Shown one piece after another: positions 34,774 through 46,881 of a DNA stretch of 64,000 bases. Source of the stretch: Macrostomum lignano (lineage: Eukaryota). Position 1 is the stretch's first letter. Each line of letters opens with the position of its first letter. Below the pieces are notes generated by a model. It did not search any database. It worked only from the letters and a program-made list of their open reading frames with translations, and had not been told where the DNA came from. A program made the translations under genes and the position numbers. The stretch covers positions 558,001 through 622,000 of the forward strand of contig NIVC01000206.1 in NCBI GenBank assembly GCA_002269645.1, given 5' to 3'.

Positions 34774-37700
34774 ATGAATGAAGCAAAGCTGTCATCGCCT
34801 TCGAATGAGGACGGATTACTTCTGCATCACCAGCAGCAGCATAATGCAGCTCTGGTGGTCTCCGACGACGATGCCAAGTTCCTACTGCAGGCCGCTGCCG
34901 GACCGGCTGACCAAACTGGCATCGCGTCGTTGTCAACAATAGCGTCAAAATCCGACCCGGACGTCTCCGTTGCCGCTGCATGCTGCGGCGACAGCCTGTT
35001 TGCCGCTTCACCACCGCCTGCAGATCATGCCGACAACGATGGCCTGTCTCAGCTGAACTCAGCTCAGCAAACTGGCCAGGATTCCACTAACGGATCGTCG
35101 TACTGCTGCGTACCTGGCACATCCTTCATCTTTGAGTCCCATACAGCTACAGCCGCTGCTGATGATGAAGCTACTTCAATTACTACGATCCCAGACTCTG
35201 GCTCAGCGTTGGACCTCAAGCCGGAGCCCCCGGTGCTCCATGCGGCTCCCCCTGCCTACGGCTTGGACATGTGGGCAGCCGCTGCAGCCGTCTCGTCCGG
35301 TTGCCAGTACTTCCCGCTGCACCAGCCCAGGATTCTGCCTTCTCACAGCGTCTATCAGCATCCGCAGTTGCCTCCGCAGATTCCCCAACAGCTTCATCGC
35401 CAGCATCTGCCGCTTCATCTGCAGGATACGGAGTCTGGCAAGATGCTGATTTTACCCGCTAGTCTAGCCGCTAATGTTGAGGGCAGTCACGCCAGCAATG
35501 CCTGCGGCTCTCTCATGCCCTCTGAGGCGCCGAAAAGATGCCGCACCAATCTGACCGAAGAGCAGAAAGTTGAGCTGGAGAAAGTTTTTGTCAAATCGAA
35601 ATATCCCGATTATCCCGTTGTGGACGAGCTAAGCAGGCTTGTCGGATTGCCCTACAAGAAAGTGCTGGTAAGTTGGTGGGCGCGCGTGTATTATGAAATT
35701 TGACAGTGCTTTGGTCTGGATCAAATCTATTTAAAACAGTTTTTAATGTATCCGTAGGAATTCGCATCCGCCCCTCCATCAGGAAGAATCCGCCCCCTCC
35801 CCAGGAAGAATCCGCCCCTATTACCTACCCCTCTTCTAAGAATCCGTCCCTCCCTCATGAAGAATCCGTCCTTCCTCCAGGAAGAATCCGCCCCTTCCTA
35901 CCCTATGAATCCGCCACTCTTCAGGAAGAATCCGCCCCTCCCCCAGGAAGAATCCGCCCCTCCCCCAGGAAGAATCCGCCCCTCCCCCATTAAGAATCCG
36001 CCACTCCTCAGGAGGAATCCGCCCCTCCCCCATTAAGAATCCGCCACTCCTCAGGAAGAATCCGCCCTCCCCCAGGAAGAATCCGCCCCTCCCCCAGGAA
36101 GAATCCGCCACTCCTCAGGAGGAATCCGCCCCTCCCCCATTAAGAATCCGCCACTCCTCAGGAAGAATCCGCCCTCCCCCAGGAAGAATCCGCCCCTCCC
36201 CCATTAAGAATCCGCCACTCCTCAGGAGGAATCCGCCCCTCCCCCAGGAAGAATCCGCCCCTCCCCCATTAAGAATCCGCCACTCCTCAGGAAGAATCCG
36301 CCCCTCCCCCAGGAAGAATCCGCCCCTCCCCCATTAAGAATCCGCCACTCCTCAGGAGGAATCCGCCCCTCCCCAGGAAGAATCCGCTACTCTTCAGGAA
36401 GAATCCGCCCCTCCCCCAGGAAGAATTCGCCCCTCCCCCAGGAAGAATCCGCCACTCCTCAGGAAGAATTCGCCCCTCCCCCAGGAAGAATCCGCCACTC
36501 CTCAGGAGGAATCCGCCCCTCCCCCAGGAAGAATCCGCCACTCCTCAGAAAGAATTCGCCCCTCCCCAGGAAGAATCCGCCCCTACCTACCCTAAGAGTC
36601 CACCCCTCTTCTAAGAATCTGTCCCTCCCTCATGAAGAATCCGTCCTTCCTCCAGGAAGAATCCGCCCCTCCTCCAGGAAGAATCCGCCACTCCTCAGGA
36701 AGAATCCGCCCCTCCCCCAGGAAGAATCCGCCCCTCCCCAGGAAGAATCCGCCACTCCTCAGGAAGAATTCGCCCCTCCCCCAGGAAGAATCCGCCACTC
36801 CTCAGGAAGAATCCGCCCCTCCCCGAGGAAGAATCCGTACTAAATAAGCTGCAGCAGCACTGTGTCCCGAACAGCCTCGCACACCCAACCAACACAAAGG
36901 TGTGGTTTAAAAACCGGCGAGCCAAGGAGAAGCGCACGCACAAGGCCGACGTGGACCTGTGCACCATTGACCAGCTGCACCAGCATCAGCAGCAGCTGCT
37001 GCAGCATCGCAAGACTTTGCCCAGTACATGTAACAACAGCGACAACGAGAATGGCTCGTCATCTGTAGCGGAAGGCGAAGCTTCTTCATCTTACACAGCC
37101 GCTGCGGGCGTCTCGATTTCCGCTTTCAACGCAGCCGTAGCCGCGGCCGCCGCTGCCGCAGTCACTCAGACTCAGCAGCAGCAGCAGCAGCATCCGCTCT
37201 CGCAGTTCCCCTATGCTCAGTACTCTGCCCCTATGCGCAAGTGCACTGCTGCTCCCCAACACCAGGTAGCGGCGTCTCCGGCGTTGCAGCAGCTGCCTCC
37301 GCCGCCGCCACCGCCACCACCGATGCAGGGACCGCCAGCGGCCACTTACTGGATCGAGCCGGCCGCCACCGTCCCAGGCCTGATGAAGTACGAACCCGTG
37401 GGCGTGCCATCTGCTCCGCTCTATCATCACTATAACTATCACCCAGCTTTCCCTGCTGTTCATCACCACCAGCAGCAGCATCAGCCGCAGTTTCAGCCAC
37501 CTCCGCCACCTCCGCCGCCTCCGCTGACTCATCATTTCGTATTCGTATCGGCTGAGAACATGGCTACGCAGACTTCGCCAACGATGCTATTAGATTTCAC
37601 CGATAACAACGATGAAAATAACAATAATCTTCATAATGCTAACGATGATAGTCATAATAATGCAATTATTAGTCCCGGAAACGACGTCTGCTACAATTTG

Positions 37701-37796
37701 ACCGCCTGTCAAACCGACAGCATCGGCGGAGTTGGCGTTGTCGACGACGACGGAGGGGTCTTCGGATTAGAAGACGCGGGCGAATCGTTAAACTGA
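34774..37796 (+). CDS. Divergent PRD-class K50 homeodomain transcription factor (Otx/Gsc/Pitx-like), 2 exons, ~596 aa
   Basis: Exon 1 34774-35667 (CTG|GTAAGT), exon 2 36900-37796 (AAAG|GTG TGG TTT AAA). Joined homeodomain PKRCRTNLTEEQKVELEKVFVKSKYPDYPVVDELSRLVGLPYKKVL|VWFKNRRAKEKRT, with K50 and the PRD-typical intron between residues 46 and 47; poly-Q/A/P C-terminal region. Confidence 0.93.
35770..36835. repeat. 21-23 bp minisatellite filling the homeobox intron
   Basis: Units AGGAAGAATCCGCCCCTCCCCC / ...CCACTCCTC. Confidence 0.93.
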
Positions 37797-37919
37797 TTTG
37801 CTATGACTGCTAGTTCACCTGACTCACTAGACGGTAAACAAACAGTGCATCTTAATTTTGAATTTCAATTCAAGCTGCAAATTCATCGCTCTCCGACCCA
37901 AAGCCCAGCAAACCAAAAT

Positions 37920-39370
37920 CTCCATCACTGATCTTCATCACTGATCTTCATCACTGATCCTCATCATTGATCTCCATCCTGGATCCCCATCCCTGAACTC
38001 TACCCCTAATCCTCATCCCCGATCCCCATCACTGATCCCCATCCCCAATCCCCATCACTGATCCCCATCCCCGATCCCCATCACTGATCCTCATCCCCGA
38101 TCCCCATCACTGATCCCCATCACTGATCCCCATCACTGATCCCATCACTGATCCCCATCCCCGATCCCCATCCCTGAACTCTACCCCTAATCCTCATCCC
38201 CGATCCCCATCACTGATCCCCATCCCCAATCCCCATCACTGATCCCCATCCCCGATCCCCATCACTGATCCTCATCCCCGATCCCCATCACTGATCCCCA
38301 TCACTGATCCCCATCACTGATCCCATCACTGATCCCCATCCCCGATCCCCAATCCCCATCACTGATCCCCATCCCCGATCCCCATCACTGATCCCCATCC
38401 CCAATCCCCATCACTGATCACCATCCCGATCCCCATCACTGATCCCCATCACTGATCTCCATCACTGATCCCCATCACTTATCCCCATCACTGATCCCCA
38501 TCACTGATCCCCATCCCCGATCCCCATCACTGATCCCCATCACTGATCCCCATCACTGATCCCCATCCCCGATCCCCAATCCCCATCACTGATCCCCAAC
38601 CCCAATCCCCATCACTGATCCCCATCCCCGATCCCCATCATTGATCCCCATCCCGGATCCCCATCACTGATCCCCATCCCCGATCCCCATCACTGATCCC
38701 CATCCCCGATCCCCATCACTGATTCTCATCACTGATTCTCATCACTGATCCCCATCACTGATCCCCATCCCTGACCTCCATGCCTGATCCCCATCACTAA
38801 TCCCCATCCCTGACCTCCATGCCTGATCCCCATCACTGATCCCCATCACTGATCCCCATCCCTGATCCCCATCACTGATCCCCATCCCCGATCCTTATCA
38901 CTGATTCTCATCACTGATCCCATCACTGATCCCAATCCCGATCCCCAACACTGATCCCCATCCCCGATCCCCATCACTGATTCTCATCACTGATCCCTAT
39001 CACTGATCCCCATCCCTGACCTCCATGCCTGATCCCCATCACTAATCCCCATCCCTGACCTCCATGCCTGATTCCCATCACTGATCCCCATCACTGATCC
39101 CCATCCTTGATCCCCATCACTGATCCCCATCACTGATCCCCATCCCCAATCCTCATCACTGATCCCCATCACTGATCCCAATCCCCGATCCCCATCACTG
39201 ATCCCCATCACTGATCCCCATCCCCAATCCTCATCACTGATCCCCATCACTGATCCCAATCCCCGATCCCCATCACTGATCCCCATCACTGATCTCCATC
39301 CCTGACCTCCATGCCTGAACCCCATCCCTGATCCCTATCCCTGATCCCCATCCCCAATCCCCATGCCTGA
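37920..39370. repeat. 13-bp C-rich minisatellite 3' of the homeobox gene
   Basis: Unit CATCACTGATCCC with CATCCCCGATCCC variants. Confidence 0.93.
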
Positions 39371-40307
39371 TCGTAACTTCCGATCTCGAATCCCGACTCT
39401 TGACCATCCCAGATCCACCCAGAATTCCAATGCCCATCCAACCCAATTTTGCATGCCACTGTTTGTCTCATGTTTTGCGTTTGTCATCTTGAATTTTTTT
39501 CCATTTCTTAGAAAAGAGACATTCGCAGCAGCTCATTTTATTTTTTTCATGAATAATTCTGTTCCTATATAGTAACTTCTAGCTTGTATGCCTTTGTTTT
39601 GCGGTCTTCTTTCCAATAAATGGCGTTAAAAATTTGCTTCAATCTGCACAGTTTTGGCATCCTTTCCTTTGTTTTCTACTTGAAGCTCACGCACCTATTG
39701 GTAATGAGGTGAATCCTACCAGCGCCAGTTGTTTTCGTTAAATACTTTACCGAGTAATGAATGAGCATCTTTTCAAAGCTTTTTCTTAGTTTGTTCAATT
39801 TCCTGCTCGGTTTGTTTGTACTCAAAACAGATTTGGACTGCATTACGGTAAAAGAAACGAAACTTCAGCTTTTGCTGCTCAGTTGAAAGAGTTCTGTGAT
39901 TAAATTGAAATTTCACCGCCTTCATCATTTAAAAATGTAAATAATTTAATAAATAGCACGAGTTACTTATTAGCATTGACACAGGCGTTCTGACTGTCTG
40001 ACACACTGATTGTAGCCACGTATATTTTAGGGTATCTGTGATATTGCTGGCATAAGGAATATTTAAGCGGAATATTAATACGATTATCTACCAGTAGTCT
40101 TAATTACTTGGATCTACTTTAGTCAGAGAGATTATTTAGCGTCTACAGCTTACATAAAAAGAAGAAAATAATTTTGGTTATACACTGAGATATCTGCGTT
40201 GTTAGACCGCTACTGCATCTAGGCGGTTAAGGAAAGTCTGAAATAAAAAGTATTTCGATTTAAACGACCGAATTTTTCGCTCTTACATAGAGCTTGTTGT
40301 ACCTTAC

Positions 40308-41743
40308 CTAAGTACAGTAGTAGAATCCATTGACTATCTTCATAGTCAGATTGCAAACTTTCTTTTCTAGACGAGCCAGCGACTCTGGGTGCTGTATGAC
40401 ACAGTTGGCCGATGTGAAACAGTTCGTGCTGGAGTGTGTTGCGGGACTGTAGCTGTTAGATAGGGTCTGTCAGCTGTTAGATAGGGTATGTAGTTGTTAG
40501 ATACAGACTGTAGCTATTAGATAGGGACTGAAGCTGTTGGATAGGAACTGCAGCTGTTAGACAAGAACTGTAGCTGTTAGATAAGGATTTTAGCTGTTAG
40601 ATAAGGACTGTATGTTAGATAAAGACTGTAGCTGTTAGATCGGGACTGTACTGTAGCTGTAAGATAAGGACTGTAGCTGTTAGATAAGGACTGTAGCTGT
40701 TAGATAGGGACTGTAGCTGTTAGATAAGTACTGTAGCTGTTAGATAGGGAATGTAGCTGTTAGATAGGGACTGTAGCTGTTAGATAAGTACTGTAGCTGT
40801 TAGATAGGGAATGTAGCTGTTAGATAGGGAATGTAGCTGTTAGATAGGGAATGTAGCTGTTAGATAGGGAATGTAGCTGTTAGATAGGGAATGTAGCTGT
40901 TAGATAGGGAATGTAGCTGTTAGATAGGGAATGTAGCTGTTAGATAGGGAATGTAGCTGTTAGATAGGGACTGTAGCTGTTAGATAAGTACTGTAGCTGT
41001 TAGATAGGGAATGTAGCTGTTAGATAGGGACTGACTGAAGCTGTTGGATAGGAACTGCAACTGTTAGACAAGAAATGTAGCTGTTAGATAAGGACTGTAT
41101 GTTAGATAAGGACTGTAGCTGTTAGATAAAGACTGTAGCTGTTAGATAAGGACTGTAGCTGTTAGATATAGAGACTGTAGCTGTTAGATAAGAACTGTAG
41201 CTGTTAAACAGGGACTGCAGATGTTAGATAGGGACTGTAACTGTTGGACAGGGGTCTGTTAGAGATGGTCTGTGAAACATCATCTGTGCTACATCATCAT
41301 TTAACAGGTTGCATATGTAAGACGGGTTCTAAGAGACAGGACAAATGACACAAAGTACTCTATCTGAACACTCACGTATCCTTAATGGCGTCAACGAGCT
41401 CCTCCTGAGTCACCGAGCAGGCGGCCTCGGTGTCGGCATTGGTGATCAAGTCGGAGCAGTCGCCGTTTTTGCAGCAGACGGAATCGTTATGAAGGTCGGT
41501 CAGCTTCAGCGGGTGAGTCGTGGTCTTGAGCAGTGAGAACTGGTCGCAGATTGCGCGAAAGAAATCTCCCGGACAGATTTGGAACGGACAGGGCCCGGTC
41601 TTAGCCGTGCACGCGTCCTGATCCACATCCTCCAGCAAGCCAAATTTGTCGGCCTTCTTCGACATGGACGGCGCGATGCAGCGGGTGAGACAGTAGCCGA
41701 GCACCAGCAGAGCCAAGTTGAAATTGTGCCTGTTGAGTATCAT
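40308..41743 (-). CDS. Secreted cysteine-rich protein of unknown family, 2 exons, ~168 aa
   Basis: Exon 1 runs from 41743 to the donor GAT AC|GTGAGT (~41375); exon 2 40446-40308 (CTACAG|T CCC GCA...) continues in frame as TPATHSSTNCFTSANCVIQHPESLARLEKKVCNLTMKIVNGFYYCT*. Hydrophobic N-terminus and 12 Cys after it. Confidence 0.75.
40447..41240. repeat. 20-bp minisatellite forming the intron of the Cys-rich gene
   Basis: Unit CTGTAGCTGTTAGATAGGGA. Confidence 0.92.
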
Positions 41744-42104
41744 CTCGGATGATTGATTGATTGTTTAAACAAAATTATGATTTTTTATCAGCCTTAGGCT
41801 TAGAATTGGCTATGATTGAATTCGATTAGCCAAAGATGTAGCAATTTCTTGAGACTACAAATGTACAGAAAAGAAATGTCTATGGCTGCAAGTGGGCAGC
41901 TATGGTGAGTAATTAATCAGTCCTGAGACTCCTAAACTTAGAATTCTGCTTGCGAGTCTGCAGATATTTCTGTTGCTATGTGAAGGAGGGCGGTGTTGTT
42001 TATTACAAGAAGCAGACACAGTGTGTACTTTTATTGCAAAAGGTCACATTGTTTCAAAAATAACAAATCCGAATGGTGTCTTAAGTAGTCAATGCGTTAG
42101 TTGC

Positions 42105-42730
42105 CTGTTAGACAGAGTCACCTGTTAGACAGAGTCACCTGTTAGACAGAGTCACCTGTTAGACAGAGTCACCTGTTAGACAGAGTCACCTGTTAGACAG
42201 AGTCACCTGTTAGACAGAGTCACCTGTTAGACAGAGTCACCTGTTGGACAGAGTCACCTGTTAGACAGAGTCACCTTTCAAACAGAGTCACCTGTTAGAC
42301 AGAGTCATCTGTTAGACAGAGTCACCTTTCAAACAGAGTCACCTATTAGACAGAGTCACCTGTTAGACAGAGTCATCTGTTAGACAGAGTCACCTTTCAA
42401 ACAGAGTCACCTGTTAGACAGAGTCACCTGTTAGACAGAGTCACCTGTTAGACAGAGTCACCTGTTAGACAGAGTCACCTGTTAGACAGAGTCACCTGTT
42501 AGACAGAGTCACCTTTCAAACAGAGTCACCTGTTAGACAGAGTCACCTGTTAGACAGAGTCACCTGTTAGACAGAGTCACCTGTTAGGCAGAGTCACCTG
42601 TTAGACAGAGTCACCTGTTAGACAGAGTCACCTTTCAGACAGAGTCACCTTTCAGACAGAGTCACCTGTTAGGCAGAGTCACCTGTTAGACAGAGTCACC
42701 TGTTAGACAGAGTTTACAGTCACCTGTTAA
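42105..42730. repeat. 17-bp minisatellite containing CACCTG
   Basis: Unit GTTAGACAGAGTCACCT, about 35 copies. Confidence 0.95.
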
Positions 42731-43163
42731 ATAGAGGTAATCAGCTGTTTAGTGGAATTAGTCACGGGTATGACAATTCATAATGCAATTATACATTTAA
42801 AACAGCTGATTCAAAGCAATCACGAAAGAATTACCAATACGTTGATTGATGCCTGCTCCAAACTCGCATTGGGAGTTTCATGACTGGTTGATTGATGCGC
42901 GCATTGCTAAAAACTCATATCGAGTGCCACTGAGATATAAAAAACCGATTTAACACGTGTGCAGCTCATGCAAACAATTCGCATTGTAATTTGCAGCTCA
43001 GTATTTATTAATCAGCTGATAATGACTTCTCATATATAATTATGAACTGATAAAATCTCATGAAAAGCGCCAATCAGAGTCAAGCAGTGGACGGTCATTC
43101 AGTCGGACATCCGTGGCCACTACCAGCAGGCGCAGATCGCAGCGGTCATCCTTGCCATCGCAG

Positions 43164-43590
43164 CTAGCCACGAAGCTTCAGCTGGCCCCTCACGCAGCGG
43201 TACATCCACGGATTGTAGCAGGCCACGCCGCACTTCCAGTGGTACCTGGGGCACAGGAAGTAGCCGTCAATGCAGCGGTGCGTTCTCGGGCTGTAGCAGG
43301 TGCCGGCGCAGGAGCGGTCGCCGCCGCTGCAGGCGAGGCCGGAGTCGAGCTGCGAGAGGAGGTCGGGGCGGAGAGACTTGCTCAGGGACTGTGAGCTCGA
43401 GAGATCAGGTAATCTGACCGCATGATCAGGACTTGAGCCGGGTAAGTTGGATTAAGGACCGAGACAGAATCAACACTTTACGGCATTCTGAGAGCAAATG
43501 TACGAGTACTCCCTTTTGTTGAAAATATCCGAGTTGCTCGCTTACCTGCATCGCCAGGAGAGCCAGCAGACAGAAGCAGAGCACCTTCAT
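43164..43590 (-). CDS. Small secreted double-Cys-repeat (CBM52-like) peptide, copy A, 89 aa
   Basis: Exon 1 43590-43546 (MKVLCFCLLALLAMQ|GTAAGC), exon 2 43388-43164; same protein as copy B; TATATA box near 43700. Confidence 0.88.
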
Positions 43591-44288
43591 GTTGAGCAGA
43601 CGATTGGATGTGGCTGAGTTGCAAGCAGAGAGAGCGAAACTTGTAGCAGGAGAGTCGAGAGTTGAGCATGATTTCACTGCGAGTTGAGCAGCTCGCATAT
43701 ATAGGGTCTGCCACTCACCTGCCCACTGCCTCCCACCTGCCAGCTGCTGCCTCCCACCTGCCCGCATGCGTCAGTGAGAACAAATTTGCACCTGCATTTT
43801 TTCAGACATTTGCTGAGCACCGCTGTTTGCCAGTAGGTTTCATACTGTTGGCTTGTTGATTGCGCAATCGGTATACAGTACTCAGTGACAATTAGAGTTC
43901 TGGACTTTACTACTCGTAATTGCCTTCCTTCTACAAAATATTTTCCAGTTAGTTATAAAGTCCACGTACACTAGCTGTAAACAACCTGTAGTTTACAGGT
44001 CTCTGATGCTCTCTCGAACTGGAGGTGCAGCTGGTTTCAACTGGTGTTTACTTGTTGTTTACCTGGTGTTTACCTGATGTTTACCTGGTGTTTAACTGAA
44101 GATTAACTCGTGTTTAACTCCTGCTTAGCTAATTGTTTAACTTCTTTTTACCTGGTCTTTAACTGGTGTATAACTGGTGTTTAACTGGAGTTTAACCCGT
44201 GTCTAACTGGTGTTTAACTGATGCTTAACTGGTGTTAAACTGGTGTTTAACTGCTGTTTCAACGGCTGTTTTGACTACAATTAACTAA

Positions 44289-45910
44289 ACAACAACAACA
44301 ACAACAGCAGCAAAGTACGCTGTCAGGTGGAAAAAAAGCAGCGTCACAGGGCACGCTTCAGAACCTGGGCGCGAACAAAGGCCGCACCGCCGGCAGAGTC
44401 CGGGGCGCCAGCGTCGGCCAGCAGGCAGTCGACGAAACGCCGAGTTCGGGCCTGGCCGCGCCGGTAGGGTGCCTGCAGCGTTAGCAGCAGCACCTCCTGC
44501 ACCGGCTGCGGGCAGTAGGACTCGGCGTGGATGATGTGGCCTGCCAGCTGGAGTCGCCGAAGTCGCGGCAGTTCACTTGGACGGGCCAGGCCGGCACGGC
44601 GATAGAGTGCCGCGTTGGTGATCCGCTCGTCGCTGATCTTAAAGGCGGCGCGCAGCAGGCCAGCGTGCGCCGCGTTGATTTGCTGTTCGAGCGAATCCGT
44701 CAGCGTCCAGGTCTCGGCGTTGTACAACAGGACGGTCTCGACCACCGCCTGGAACAGCGCCGCCCTCTGGCGATCAGGTGGGGCCTCGGACTGCAGGACT
44801 ACCCTCACAGAGCGAAAGGCAGCCCAAGCGAGCCCGCGGCGACGCCGCAGATCTTCGCGGACGTCAGGTACCAGACCGCCGAGGTAGACGAACTGCTGAC
44901 AGCGCGGAAGCTCCGTTACCTGCCCGCCAGCGCCTCGGCAGAAAATTGCGGCCTCGATGTCGCCCGGCACGCAGAGCACAACGGTCTTCTTCGTGTTGAC
45001 CACCAGGCTGACGCTCGCTGCAGCGCTAACCAGCTTGTCCAGCTGGCGCTGGGCGCCCTCTACGGTCGAGGACAGCAGGGCGAGGTCATCGGCGTAGCCA
45101 AGCACGCTGAGCCGTTTCTCCGGTTGATGTCGACCCACGCGTCGCCGCAGTAGGAAGCCGTCTTCGTCGGTAGGAAGAGCAGTTTATAGCACCCAGTCAA
45201 GCACCAGGACGAACAAGAACGGCGCTAGAGTGTCCCCCTGGAGCACCCCAGGGGATGTCTCTAAGGAGTCCTACAGGCCGTCCGGCGTCATCACAGCTGC
45301 TCTCGTAGCACAGTACAACGCCATTATGGCGGAGATCAGCTGTTCTGGTACATGATACGCACGGAGCACATGTGGGAGCGCAGCCCTCGCAACCGAGTCG
45401 AATGCCTTCATGAAGTCAATGAAGACAACAATCAGGTCCAACTGGCGCGTGCGCGCCTCCTGGATGATTCGGCGAAGAGCTAGGATCTGCGCCACTGTGC
45501 CACGGTGGGGCCGAAACCCGTTCTGCTCAGGTCGCAGGTAGGGATCCAGCACGGGTTGCAACCACGATAGCAGCATCCGATTGAACAACTTCGCTTTGCT
45601 CGTCTAGCCGTGTAGTGCCCGGCTTTTTTTGGAATGGCGATGATGTGCGCCATGGTCCACTCGGTGGGTGCCATTTCACCGGAGAGCACGCGGTTAATCA
45701 CACGGGCGACCTCACAGTGGATGCGCAGCGCCTCGATGGGCACTTCGTCCGGACCCAGCGCCTTGCCGCCCGGCGTCTTCTGGGCGAGCATTACGACTTC
45801 AGCCATGGTGACTGGCACCGTTAAAACTGTCCTCTGACGGCAACGGCGTCTCTGGCGGCAGCGTCAGGATGTTAGGCAGCAGGGGTGGCGGCGCGTTGAT
45901 TATGGCGACT
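44289..45910 (-). mobile_element. 5'-truncated, disrupted RTE-like non-LTR retrotransposon (RT domain)
   Basis: RT motifs RPEQNGFRPHRG, VFIDFMKAFDSV, LQGDTLAPFLF, LGYADDLAL, FVYLGG spread over stop/frameshift-broken ORFs; (GTT)n 3' tail; TSD AATTAACTAA at 44279-44288 and 45911-45920. Confidence 0.92.
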
Positions 45911-46189
45911 AATTAACTAAGAGTTTGATAAAATATTGAGCTTATTCAACGCATTGATAGGCAACCTGCATGCACTTTTTTGGTGAGCGAAACCACCTTT
46001 TCAGATTCATCCACTCGATATTGAAACGATGCTCAACTACTCGTAGCACGACTTGCTCGTAGCCAAAGACCCGTCACAGTGGCAAACAGCACCGTTGCTG
46101 CTCAGGCAGAGCTCTCGTACAATTACGAGCGTAGCGGCAAACAAAAGTGCAGGTGCAAATTTGTTCTCGCTGACCGCTCGCTGACGCAT

Positions 46190-46347
46190 GCGGGCAGGTG
46201 GGAGGCAGCGGGCAGGTGGGAGGCAGCGGGCAGGTGGGAGGCAGCGGGCAGGTGGGAGGCAGCGGGCAGGTGGGAGGCAGCGGGCAGGTGGGAGGCAGCA
46301 GCTGCCAGGTGAAAGGCAGAGGGCAGGTGAGTGGCAGACCCTATAAA
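46190..46347 (+). promoter_or_regulatory. Promoter of peptide copy B: 18-bp CAGGTG (E-box) repeat array plus TATA box
   Basis: About six GGGCAGGTGGGAGGCAGC units followed by TATAAA at 46342-46347, about 110 bp before the ATG. Confidence 0.7.
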
Positions 46348-46454
46348 TGCGAGCTGCTCAACTCGCAGTGAAATCATGCTCAACTCTCGACTCTCCTGCT
46401 ACAAGTTTCGCTCTCTCTGCTTGCAACTCAGCCACATCCAATCGTCTGCTCAAC

Positions 46455-46881
46455 ATGAAGGTGCTCTGCTTCTGTCTGCTGGCTCTCCTGGCGATGCAGG
46501 TAAGCGAGCAACTCGGATATTTTCAACAAAAGGGAGTACTCGTACATTTGCTCTCAGAATGCCGTAAAGTGTTGATTCTGTCTCGGTCCTTAATCCAACT
46601 TACCCGGCTCAAGTCCTGATCATGCGGTCAGATTACCTGATCTCTCGAGCTCACAGTCCCTGAGCAAGTCTCTCCGCCCCGACCTCCTCTCGCAGCTCGA
46701 CTCCGGCCTCGCCTGCAGCGGCGGCGACCGCTCCTGCGCCGGCACCTGCTACAGCCCGAGAACGCACCGCTGCATTGACGGCTACTTCCTGTGCCCCAGG
46801 TACCACTGGAAGTGCGGCGTGGCCTGCTACAATCCGTGGATGTACCGCTGCGTGAGGGGCCAGCTGAAGCTTCGTGGCTAG
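46455..46881 (+). CDS. Small secreted double-Cys-repeat (CBM52-like) peptide, copy B, 89 aa
   Basis: Exon 1 46455-46499, exon 2 46657-46881 (CTCACAG|TCC). Protein MKVLCFCLLALLAMQSLSKSLRPDLLSQLDSGLACSGGDRSCAGTCYSPRTHRCIDGYFLCPRYHWKCGVACYNPWMYRCVRGQLKLRG*; AATAAA near 47037. Confidence 0.9.

Noticed and set aside
43113-43767. ORF-track proteins repeated at 43113/46651/49498 and 43426/46347/49909
   Set aside because: They are antisense or intron-readthrough frames of the true spliced 89-aa gene; recurrence reflects the triplication.
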